NCBI GenBank assembly: GCA_042408215.1
Contig: JAYFMW010000005.1
Location: 608,001-672,000 of the forward strand
Reading direction: 5' to 3'
Source of the DNA: Microcoleus sp.
GTDB taxonomy: Bacteria > Cyanobacteriota > Cyanobacteriia > Cyanobacteriales > Microcoleaceae
DNA length: 64,000 bases
A model generated the notes under the pieces. It ran no database searches. It saw only the letters and a list, made by a program, of their open reading frames with translations, and was not told the origin of the DNA. This document shows positions 36,338 to 45,670 of the stretch, in pieces. Position 1 is the stretch's first letter, and the number at the start of each line of letters is the position of its first letter. The translations under genes were made by a program, and so were the position numbers.

Positions 36338-36578
36338 GTTGTGCGTTAGCGAAGCCTCCCGTAGGGAATCGCTCGGAGCAGCAAAAGGGACTACTTACAA
36401 TTTATGGCATAACCGCGGCTGGCGGTTGCTATAAAAATGAATTGATGAAAGTCAGTAAACTCTAGTGGAGAACCGGGGTATAATCAAAAGTGAGGAGTGA
36501 GAATTTGGAACTCAAAATCAAGAGTTGTTATAAATTCTGACTTCGCAGTTAAAAATTATGATGTTTTAAAGTGCAATT

Positions 36579-37019
36579 ATGGTAGAACTCTCGTGTAAAA
36601 GCGAATACGCAATCTTGGCTTTGCTGGAACTCGCTGATTGTTATGAAGAAGGTGAACCGCTGCAAATTCGCCAGATAGCGGCTCAGCAAAATATTCCCGA
36701 TCGATATTTAGAACAGTTGCTGGCTACCATGAGACGCAGCGGGCTGATTCGCAGCCAGCGAGGAGCAAAGGGAGGTTATATCTTGGCGAGGGAACCCTGG
36801 AAAATTACACTCCTAGAAATTGTCAACTGCCTCGAAGGCTCTGATTTCGATCGCTCTGAAAAAGACTCCCCGGCTCAAACTGTAGAAAGTGCCGTGATTT
36901 GGGAAGTTTGGCAAGAAGCGCGCTCAAGAGCTAACTCGGTTTTGCAAAAATACACTCTACAGGATCTGTGCCAAAAACGCAATGGCAGGCGGCAGCTCAA
37001 TATCATGTATTACATCTAG
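36579..37019 (+). CDS. Rrf2-family transcriptional regulator (CymR-like)
   Basis: YLEQLL..MRRSGLIRSQRGAKGGY motif; upstream of cysK. Confidence 0.92.
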   Translation: MVELSCKSEYAILALLELADCYEEGEPLQIRQIAAQQNIPDRYLEQLLATMRRSGLIRSQRGAKGGYILAREPWKITLLEIVNCLEGSDFDRSEKDSPAQTVESAVIWEVWQEARSRANSVLQKYTLQDLCQKRNGRRQLNIMYYI

Positions 37020-37095
37020 TGAAGGATATTAGACAAGAAAATCTGTAATTATTAGAAATTAACGATTGACCCTCAACAACAAACTGACAAAGATT

Positions 37096-38058
37096 ATGCG
37101 TATTGCTCGCGACATTACAGAATTGGTGGGCCGGACGCCCTTGGTGCAACTCAACCGTATTCCCCAAGCCGAAGGCTGCTTAGCCCGGATTGTGGTAAAA
37201 CTTGAAGGCATGAATCCGGCAGCGTCTGTTAAAGACCGCATCGGCGTCAATATGGTCAATGCAGCGGAGGCCCAAGGGCTGATTACTCCGGGAACAACGG
37301 TTTTAGTGGAACCGACTTCTGGCAATACTGGCATTGCTTTGGCTATGGTGGCGGCGGCTAAGGGTTACAAGTTGATTTTGACAATGCCGGATACGATGAG
37401 CACGGAACGTCGATCGATGTTGCGTGCTTACGGGGCCCAACTAGAACTGACACCAGGAATTGAGGGGATGAGTGGCTGCATCCGTCGCGCTCAAGAGATT
37501 GTTGACAAAACGCCCAATGCGTATATGTTGCAGCAGTTTCGGAATCCAGCTAACCCGCAGATTCACCGGGAAACAACAGCGGAGGAAATTTGGGAAGATA
37601 CAGATGGTGAGGTGGATTTTCTGATTTCTGGGGTTGGGACTGGCGGTACGATTACGGGTATCTCGGAGGCGATCAAGTCGCGAAAACCTGGATTTAAGGC
37701 GATCGCAGTTGAGCCGGCTAACAGTCAGGTACTTTCCGGCGGAAAGCCTGGGCCTCACAAAATTCAAGGTATTGGTGCTGGTTTTGTGCCGCCGGTGCTG
37801 AATGTTGATGCGATCGACGAGATTGTAGTTGTTACAGATGACGAGGCGATCGCCTACGGGCGGCGCTTAGCCAGGGAAGAAGGACTTTTGTCCGGTATTT
37901 CCAGCGGTGCGGCATTGTGTGCAGCTTTGACGATCGGCAAGCGTCCCGAAAATGCCGGAAAATTGATAGTGATGATTCAGCCTAGCTTCGGCGAACGCTA
38001 TCTGAGCACTCCCTTGTTCCAAGATCCCGAACTGAACCTGGCCGTGGCTGTCAACTAG
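37096..38058 (+). CDS. cysK: Cysteine synthase A
   Basis: [26 protein letters not shown] and HKIQGIG motifs. Confidence 0.96.
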   Translation: MRIARDITELVGRTPLVQLNRIPQAEGCLARIVVKLEGMNPAASVKDRIGVNMVNAAEAQGLITPGTTVLVEPTSGNTGIALAMVAAAKGYKLILTMPDTMSTERRSMLRAYGAQLELTPGIEGMSGCIRRAQEIVDKTPNAYMLQQFRNPANPQIHRETTAEEIWEDTDGEVDFLISGVGTGGTITGISEAIKSRKPGFKAIAVEPANSQVLSGGKPGPHKIQGIGAGFVPPVLNVDAIDEIVVVTDDEAIAYGRRLAREEGLLSGISSGAALCAALTIGKRPENAGKLIVMIQPSFGERYLSTPLFQDPELNLAVAVN

Positions 38059-38376
38059 AGTCGCTTTGGACTTAAGTCGAGAAATACATTGAGAGCAGGG
38101 CGTACAATAAACGCTCTGCTTGATTTATGGCTTCGTTCCTAGCCATAACAGAGGCAGCTACGGGAGATGATATTAGTGCTGAAGGTCGATCGACTTGCCA
38201 CTACAAAAAAATCAATATTTTTATAAAATAGATTGTTATGATCGTTTGAAAACTTAGGTTTTTTTACTTACAATTGTTTGCATTTATCTAAGATAAATAC
38301 TTAAAAAAATAGCAAACAACGAGGTAATTGTCAAGCATTTTTTCGCAGATTATCAATATTTCAAGGAAATAAAAGC

Positions 38377-39057
38377 GTGTCTTCCGTGATTAATCACTAC
38401 CAAACCCTAAACGTTAACCCAACCGCAACACAAGCCGAGATTAAACAAGCCTACCGCCGTTTAGTCAAATTATTTCATCCAGATAGCAAGAGCAAAACAG
38501 CCGGTCACGAAGAGATTGTCCGGCTGAATGCAGCCTATGAAATATTAGGAGACTCGCAACAGAGGCAATCTTACGATCGCCAACTTTCCCAGCACACCAA
38601 ACAGCAAGCACAAGCCGCTAACAACGTCAGCTACCAGCAAAAACAAACTGCACGCGACGCCGACGAACAAATGGAACAGTGGCTGATGAAAGTATACAAA
38701 CCAGTTAATCGAATACTCAACAGCATATTGAAGCCCCTCAAAAAGGAAATTGACCAATTATCAGCAGATCCTTTTGATGACGAACTGATAGAAAAGTTTC
38801 AAAATTATCTCGAAACCTGTCGCGAATTTCTCAAAAAAGCGCAAAACTTTTTTCGCTCAATGCCGAATCCATCTAATGTAGCTGGAGTTGCCGCTCATCT
38901 CTACTACTGCATCAATCAAGTGGGGGACGGAATAGAAGAATTGCATCTATTTACCCTTAATTATGACGATCGACATTTGCACACCGGTCAAGAATTGTTT
39001 AGAATTGCTGCTAAATTGCGGCGGGAAGCACAGGCAGAATTGAAAGTGAAAGGTTAG
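38377..39057 (+). CDS. DnaJ-domain (J-domain) protein
   Basis: HYQTL...IKQAYRRLVKLFHPD...LNAAYEIL. Confidence 0.9.
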   Translation: MSSVINHYQTLNVNPTATQAEIKQAYRRLVKLFHPDSKSKTAGHEEIVRLNAAYEILGDSQQRQSYDRQLSQHTKQQAQAANNVSYQQKQTARDADEQMEQWLMKVYKPVNRILNSILKPLKKEIDQLSADPFDDELIEKFQNYLETCREFLKKAQNFFRSMPNPSNVAGVAAHLYYCINQVGDGIEELHLFTLNYDDRHLHTGQELFRIAAKLRREAQAELKVKG

Positions 39058-39065
39058 CGAATAAG

Positions 39066-39265
39066 TTATTGGTTATTGGTTATTGGTTATTGGTTATTGG
39101 TTATTGGTTATTGGTTATTGGTTATTGGTTATTGGTTATTGGTTATTGGTTATTGGTTATTGGTTCTTTGTTATTTGTTATTTGTTAGTTCCAATGCCCA
39201 ATGCCCAATGCCCAATGCCCAATGCCCTATGCCCAATGCCCTATGCCCAATGCCCTATGCCCATT
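39066..39265. repeat. Heptamer tandem repeats (TTATTGG)n followed by (CCCAATG/CCCTATG)n between convergent genes
   Basis: Read directly from the sequence; STRR-type. Confidence 0.95.
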
Positions 39266-39278
39266 CCAAATGATTGTA

Positions 39279-40775
39279 TCAAATCCCAAAAAGAAATTGA
39301 ATTCGTTTCCGAATTTTCAGAAAGGGAGTTTGTTCCAGAGCATCATCATCTAACAATCCTAAATCTCTCAAAGCTTGCTGGCGTTCCGACAATTTTTGAG
39401 CAATTTGATCGGCTAAATTCGGCTGTTCGACTAAAAGTTTCTGCAAGTCGTGGCGTTCCACTACAAACAAAATAGCATCTTCCCTAGTCCGAACAGTCGC
39501 CGTTCTCGGAGTCCCCAACAGCAAAGATATTTCCCCAAAAAACTCCCCCTCATGAAGCGTAGCAATATATTTATCGGCTTTTTGAGAAAGAACTTCTACA
39601 GCACCCGAAAGAATAATATAAAAAGAATCGCCTGGGTCATTTTCTTTGCATACAACCTGTCCCGCTGGAAACAGTTGTCGGTAGCCGTATTCAATTAACT
39701 GCCGCAGTTCTAAATCCGTACATTGTTCAAAATAAGTTACTCGCCGCAACAAATCCCGCAATGTCCAATTATTCAGAGATTTTTGCCCAGTTTTATTAGG
39801 CTCTGAAATGCTGGGATTTGGCTGAGGTTTTGAGTGCTTAGTATGCTGCGGAAAGACTTGGCCGTTAGAAATATCGGTGTCTCTGCTGTCAAAAACATTA
39901 CTTAACTCTTGCGGATTTCGCAGCCACAAATCTCGCTGAGGAAAAGGAATTTCGATGCTGCGGTTGCGAAATTCGTAATCTATTAAAAAATTGATTGCAC
40001 TTTTGATTGCATCGCTTTCCTGCGGCTGGTCAATCCACACTAAAAGGTCAAAGTTTAAAGCATTATCTCCAAATCCGCGAAACCATACTTTCGGAGAAGG
40101 ATGAGATAAGACATGGGATTCCATCCTTGCAGCCACTAACAGTGCTTCGGTAACTAATACTGGGTCAGTTCCGTAAGCAACGCCGACGGGGATGTGCAAG
40201 CGGCATCTGGGGTCTCTGTAACTCCAGTTAATAATGTTGGTTTCGACAAACTTAATATTCGGTATAATTACAAAGAGACCGTCAACTGTTTTAATGATTG
40301 TCGAGCGGATCGAAATATTTTCTACAGTTCCTAACAAATTTGCTATTTCAATAAAGTCTCCGACTCTAATTTGCTGCTCGAATAGCAGGGTGAGACCGCT
40401 GATAAAGTTGCTGGCTAGATTTTGCAACCCGAAGCCAAAACCAATGCCGACGACGCCAGCTAAGACGGTTAGAGAAGTGAGGTTAATGCCAGCACCTTGC
40501 AGGACGAATATACAGCCAAAAGTTGCTAAAATATAGCTAATGATGGTGGAGATTGCTTCTCTACTCCCTCGATCTAATCCCATCCGAACTAGCAGGCTGC
40601 GCTTGATACCTTCACTGATGACCCGAGCTACAATGAAGGCAAATACAGCTAATACAATTACTTTGAGGAGCGCGCTGATGGAAAAATGAGTGTCCCCAAT
40701 ATAAAATAACGGGGTTGTCAGCACACCAGACAAATTTTCAAAAAAACGATCGGCTCCTACAGTAATCCAATTCAT
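39279..40775 (-). CDS. MscS mechanosensitive channel with a C-terminal cyclic-nucleotide-binding domain
   Basis: GIGFGFGLQNLASNFISG and IEIPFPQRD; cNMP motif GEFFGEISLL..PRTATVR. Confidence 0.92.
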   Translation of the reverse strand: MNWITVGADRFFENLSGVLTTPLFYIGDTHFSISALLKVIVLAVFAFIVARVISEGIKRSLLVRMGLDRGSREAISTIISYILATFGCIFVLQGAGINLTSLTVLAGVVGIGFGFGLQNLASNFISGLTLLFEQQIRVGDFIEIANLLGTVENISIRSTIIKTVDGLFVIIPNIKFVETNIINWSYRDPRCRLHIPVGVAYGTDPVLVTEALLVAARMESHVLSHPSPKVWFRGFGDNALNFDLLVWIDQPQESDAIKSAINFLIDYEFRNRSIEIPFPQRDLWLRNPQELSNVFDSRDTDISNGQVFPQHTKHSKPQPNPSISEPNKTGQKSLNNWTLRDLLRRVTYFEQCTDLELRQLIEYGYRQLFPAGQVVCKENDPGDSFYIILSGAVEVLSQKADKYIATLHEGEFFGEISLLLGTPRTATVRTREDAILFVVERHDLQKLLVEQPNLADQIAQKLSERQQALRDLGLLDDDALEQTPFLKIRKRIQFLFGI

Positions 40776-41129
40776 TAATATTTGGTAATGGGTAATGGGT
40801 AAATTGATTAGTAATTTTAATCTAAAATCCCTGGATCGGAAATCGAAAATCGGATGGGTAATCCGTAATGGGCTTTCCAGACACCCAAATCAGTTAACAA
40901 CGAATGGAGAGAGCGGATTTTGTAAGGAGATGATCTGGGGGATGTCTGGCATTGTGCGCTCTTACCAGCCCAACGGCTCTAGCTTTCGCGGCGTATTGCC
41001 CATAGGTGGAAAATTGGTATAAATTCATTGACAGCAACCTCAAAGTATTGGAAAATTCCAGCAAAAATTAGTTTATCCTTAAGAAGTAAGTCCTTGACAG
41101 AACTTAACAAGCTTACCTTACTTGACTTT

Positions 41130-42002
41130 ATGCAGTGCATCATCAATCGTCGGGCACAGTTTTCGGCGAGTCATCGTTACTGGCTACCGGAGTTGAGCGA
41201 AGCCGAGAATTTTGAGCGGTTTGGCCCAACTGCCCGCGCACCGGGACACGGACACAATTACGTTGTTTACGTTTCTATGGTAGGAGAACTCGATGAGTAT
41301 GGTATGGTGCTCAACCTGTCTGATGTCAAACAGGTCATCAAGCGGGAAGTTACCAACTATCTCGACTTTTCCTATCTCAACGAAGCGTGGCCGGAATTTC
41401 AGGAGACTCTGCCAACTACCGAAAACATAGCACGCCAAATTTGGCAGCGGCTAGCTCCTCATTTGCCTTTGAGCAAAATTCAATTGTTTGAACATCCAGA
41501 ACTTTGGGCAGAATATTTAGGAAATGGAATGGAAGCTTATCTGACTCTCAGCACTCATTTTAGCGCCGCCCACCGGTTAGCTCGTCCCGATTTGAGTTTT
41601 GCAGAAAACTCGGAAATTTACGGCAAATGTGCTCGTCCCAACGGTCACGGCCACAACTATCATTTAGAGGTGACTGTTAAGGGGGAAATGGATGGGCGGA
41701 CTGGCATGATTGCCGATTTGGGGGCTTTGCAAAAGGCGGTTGATGATTATGTTGTTGAACCCTTGGATCACACTTTTTTAAATAAGGATATTGCTTATTT
41801 TGAGAAGATTGTGCCGACGGCGGAGAATATTGCCGTTTATATTGGGCAATTATTGCGATCGCCCATTCGCGAATTGGGAGCACAATTGCACAAGATCAAG
41901 CTGACTGAAAGTCCCAATAATTCCTGTGAAATTTACTGCGCTGATTTAGAGTCAGCGGCGGCTGACAATCAGCAGCGGGGAGCTATTTTAGCAGCAGTGT
42001 AA
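41130..42002 (+). CDS. queD: 6-carboxytetrahydropterin synthase / PTPS (tandem-domain form)
   Basis: Two repeats FSASHR..GHGHNY and FSAAHR..GHGHNY; PTTEN/PTAEN. Confidence 0.88.
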   Translation: MQCIINRRAQFSASHRYWLPELSEAENFERFGPTARAPGHGHNYVVYVSMVGELDEYGMVLNLSDVKQVIKREVTNYLDFSYLNEAWPEFQETLPTTENIARQIWQRLAPHLPLSKIQLFEHPELWAEYLGNGMEAYLTLSTHFSAAHRLARPDLSFAENSEIYGKCARPNGHGHNYHLEVTVKGEMDGRTGMIADLGALQKAVDDYVVEPLDHTFLNKDIAYFEKIVPTAENIAVYIGQLLRSPIRELGAQLHKIKLTESPNNSCEIYCADLESAAADNQQRGAILAAV

Positions 42003-42100
42003 AGTCAAGAATCCTGTTTGTAGGGGCGGGTTCACCAGAATATCGGTCATCAACCAGGTCAAACTTAGTATCGGTTTTCCGTCTGAGTCACAATCTTTTC

Positions 42101-42181
42101 GATCCCCCCTAACCCCCCTTAACAAGGGGGGAAAAGAGCGTTCTCAAAGTCCCCTTTTTTAAGGGGGATTTAGGGGGATCG
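42101..42181. repeat. Palindromic dispersed repeat (GATCCCCC...GGGGGATC family)
   Basis: gatcccccctaaccccccttaacaagggggg...ccccctttttaagggggatttagggggatc. Confidence 0.85.
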
Positions 42182-42433
42182 AGGCTTCGCTCGAAATGAG
42201 AGAGACAGAGGGTTTTAGTAATTCGATATAAACCCGTCGCCACGCCATCATCCATTTATACTTATTTGACAAAAATGTTCGCCCCGTTTTCCTGATAAAT
42301 CAGGGGCTGCGCGTATTTTGAAGATAGCATCCCAATCTCTTTCCTGTCGGCTATTTTAACTGCTGGTAGTACGATCGCGATCGCTGGATAGCTAACAACC
42401 AAGCACTAATTTATTCTAGACGAGTTGACGTTT

Positions 42434-44518
42434 ATGCGGGTCTCAAATGTAGCTCTCTTGACTCTGGCTGCCCTAGCATCCCAGAATTTAACTGCTAAGA
42501 CTAGCGCCACTCCTGCTGCACCAAGCACCATTCCTGAGACGGCGCGGGCTAGCAACTTTGTGGATGCGATCGATAGTACCACACCGCGTCCTGCTGAGTC
42601 AATTAGCGCTCCCGAAACGATCGCCAGCGAACAATTTTCGCCGAGGAATTGGGCCAAATCCCAGACTGGTTTGCTGGTTGCTGCTGCATCACCAGAGTTA
42701 TCTGCCGCAGCCAAAACCAAGGCTAATATTTTTTCTGCATCCGGGGACGAATTAGCAAAATCTTTACAGGAAACCTGGCTGGCTAAATTAATTGAATCCG
42801 GGGTTGAAAGCACTCCCCAAGTTCGTGATGCTTTCGATTTTCTTGCGGCGCGTGCTGGTGTCAGTGCAGAATCTGAATACAGTTTTAATAGTACCACAAC
42901 TATTCTGAATGTTTTGCTAATTATTGCGCTCCTATGTCCACCAGTGACAATTGCATTTTTTTGGTCAATCCGACGGGTAGTAATCCAACAGTTGGTGGCT
43001 GACACAAATCAAAGATTACAGGGGATTGGGGTCTTAGAATCAGAGCTAAAAAACTCAACTCAATTAACTCAAAAGTTGAAAGATGAATTAGAATCGCAAA
43101 TCAGTGCAGCTAAACAATCTGTTGATTTTTTAACTAGAGAAAGTGAACTTTCCAAATATTCGGTAGAGCAAATTGAAACTCTTAAATCTCAATTTATGAT
43201 GCACCTGCAAGTTTTGCTTACCGAAGTTAACGAAAGAAAAACTCAAATTGTGCAAGAAATTTCCCAAGGCCCCGCAGTTGTTGCACAAGAAGCGGTCAAA
43301 CTCGCACCTCAACCACAGCTTAATATTTCCGAACAGTCACCAGTTGAATCTGTTGGTAGCGATGGGGAAAATTGGATTGCTGATGATTATATCAAGCAAG
43401 GTGAAGGGCTTTATTATGAACAGAATTATGCTCGGGCAGTTGTCTGCTTTGAAAAAGCTATTTTCTTGAATGATAATTTAGATCGGGCTTGGTATTGGTG
43501 CGGAAATGTGTTAATAAAGTTACAGCGCCTAGCAGAAGCGATCGCCTGTTATGACCAAGCAATATCTCGGAAATCCGATCGATACGAATCCTGGTATTAT
43601 AAAGCACATTTGCTGGTCAGATTGCAACGGTACGAAGAGGCGATCGTGTGCTACGAGCGAGCCAGCTCGATCGCTCCCAAAAATTACGCTCCTTGGCACA
43701 ATATAGCAGCTTTATTGGGCAAATTGCAGCACTACGAAGAAGCCGTTGCTGCCTACGATCGCGCCCTAGCTATCAAAGCAACCGACAGCGAAATCTGGCA
43801 CAACCGAGGGGCGATGTTAGGGAAACTACAAGAGTATGCACAGGCTGTCGATTCTTACGATCGCGCAATTTCTCTTAATCCCAATAGATACGAAACTTGG
43901 TACAATCGAGGCAATATGCTGTGGAAATTGTTCCGCTACGCCGATGCTGTGGTTTCTTACGATCGGGCGATCGGCATCCAGCCTGAAAAATATGAAGTTT
44001 GGTACAATAGAGGCGCTGTGCTCGGAAGAATGCAGCGCTATCAAGAAGCGATCGAATCTTACGACAAAGCAATTGCAATTAAATCAAACGACTTTGAATT
44101 ATGGCACAACCGAGGGGTAGCTTTCGATAAACAGTCCCAGCACTCATCAGCAATTGCATCTTACGAGCAAGCAATTATGATTAAGCCTGACTGTTACGAA
44201 GCCTGGTTTGGTAAAGGCGAATCCTTAGCAAAATTGCAGCAGCAAGAAGCAGCGATCGCAGCTTATGAAAAAGCGATTACTATCAAGCCAGAATCCTACG
44301 ACGCTTGGCGTCATTTGGGGATAGTATTGTCAGAAGTAAAGCGCTATGAAGAAGCAATGGCAGCTTACGATCGAGCGATCGCCATCCAGCCAGAAAATGC
44401 CGAAGCGAGGCGCGATCGAGGCGCAGTTGTATCAGAATTAAAACAGGATACAGACAAAATTGAATCCGGTGAAAAAGAAACTGAAGTTAAGCCCAATTCG
44501 GTTGTTCAAAATTCCTAG
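42434..44518 (+). CDS. TPR-repeat protein with a signal peptide/TM segment and coiled coil
   Basis: About 10 TPR repeats (W.NRG..L..L.RY.EA...YD.A). Confidence 0.88.
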   Translation: MRVSNVALLTLAALASQNLTAKTSATPAAPSTIPETARASNFVDAIDSTTPRPAESISAPETIASEQFSPRNWAKSQTGLLVAAASPELSAAAKTKANIFSASGDELAKSLQETWLAKLIESGVESTPQVRDAFDFLAARAGVSAESEYSFNSTTTILNVLLIIALLCPPVTIAFFWSIRRVVIQQLVADTNQRLQGIGVLESELKNSTQLTQKLKDELESQISAAKQSVDFLTRESELSKYSVEQIETLKSQFMMHLQVLLTEVNERKTQIVQEISQGPAVVAQEAVKLAPQPQLNISEQSPVESVGSDGENWIADDYIKQGEGLYYEQNYARAVVCFEKAIFLNDNLDRAWYWCGNVLIKLQRLAEAIACYDQAISRKSDRYESWYYKAHLLVRLQRYEEAIVCYERASSIAPKNYAPWHNIAALLGKLQHYEEAVAAYDRALAIKATDSEIWHNRGAMLGKLQEYAQAVDSYDRAISLNPNRYETWYNRGNMLWKLFRYADAVVSYDRAIGIQPEKYEVWYNRGAVLGRMQRYQEAIESYDKAIAIKSNDFELWHNRGVAFDKQSQHSSAIASYEQAIMIKPDCYEAWFGKGESLAKLQQQEAAIAAYEKAITIKPESYDAWRHLGIVLSEVKRYEEAMAAYDRAIAIQPENAEARRDRGAVVSELKQDTDKIESGEKETEVKPNSVVQNS

Positions 44519-44808
44519 GTGTCAGGTAATCGCGAGGCGCACCTACAGCCGTCTGCTGTATTTCATCCGATTGAAAACTGCTCTCAGTTAGTGACGAGTA
44601 TTTAACCAGATAATTAGTTGCCGGCATCAATGGTTGATCGAACCAGCCCCTACAGTTATTTACGACTATTTAACCAGACTTGATATCGGGCAGTTAAATG
44701 CTTTTTGTCCAAGGTTTGTCAGCTAAATTTTTCCTCTTTTTTCCGCTCCGTTTGGGGCGGTTTTTTTATGGTAAATTTAGGTAAGCTGCAAACAAGGAGA
44801 ATAGTTAT

Positions 44809-45370
44809 ATGTCTGTTCAGCTTCAAAAACGGTTATTTACAGTAAAAGAATATCATTTGATGACTGAGGCTGGTATTCTCTCGGAGGGCGATCGGGTAGA
44901 ACTCATAGAAGGGGAGATTGTGCAAATGGCTGCAATTGGAACTCGTCATGCAAGTTGTGTAAACCGCCTCGCGCGGCGGTTCAGCTTGATTCCCGAAGAT
45001 CTGGCGACTTTTGCTATCCAAAACCCAGTTAAGTTGACGGAGCGCACTGAACCTCAACCGGATGTTGTATTGCTGCTACCTCGCGCTGATTACTATGCTA
45101 CAGCCCATCCAGTACCGTCTGAAGTTTTGCTGTTAGTTGAGGTTTCAGATAGTACGGTTGATTATGACAGAGATGTGAAAGTATCCATTTACGCTCGTTC
45201 AGGGATTCAAGAAGTTTGGCTGGTAGATTTAGTGAGAAAATTGTTTGGAAGTCTACCGCCAGCCAGGCCCGAACGGTTATAGTTTAATGCTCAAGTTTTG
45301 GCGCGGTCAACAAGTTGCGCCGCTGGCTTTTACCGAATTTGAAGTGAGCGTTGATTTTATATTGGGTTAG
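44809..45370 (+). pseudogene. Uma2-family endonuclease with a +1 frameshift near 45235
   Basis: RVELIEGEI, EPQPDV and LLVEVSDST motifs; the canonical tail NCLEVYRQP...LAFTEFEVSVDFILG* continues in another frame to 45370. Confidence 0.8.
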
Positions 45371-45378
45371 AATAAGTA

Positions 45379-45507
45379 ATGGCAGCTTACGATCGAGCGA
45401 TCGCCATTAAGCCTGAGAATGCGGAAGCTTGGCGGAATCGAGGCGCAGTTGTATCAGAATTAAAACAGGATACAGACAAAATTGAATCGGGTGAAAAAGA
45501 GACTTAA
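45379..45507 (+). repeat. Diverged duplicate of the TPR gene 3' end (44357-44482)
   Basis: atggcagcttacgatcgagcgatcgccat...aaacaggatacagacaaaattgaatc present at both sites. Confidence 0.9.
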
Positions 45508-45670
45508 ATTCAGCTATACTGGCTTAGGGGCAAATAAGGTGAGCGCGATCGCGATTAGTACCGGTGACCTGGCGAGACTAACTGGTGGGTAGGTAGGCCA
45601 GGGGGGCCTGAGTTGCTAATGGAGTCCGGCTCTTCTGATAATTGTCTGAAAATTAGAGTGCTTTTACCAC

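Noticed and set aside
39076..39475. ORFs of repeated VIGYWLL / MPNAQCP
   Set aside because: Translation artefacts of heptamer tandem repeats
40960..41129. preQ1 riboswitch upstream of queD
   Set aside because: No P1 stem plus A-rich tail matching the consensus
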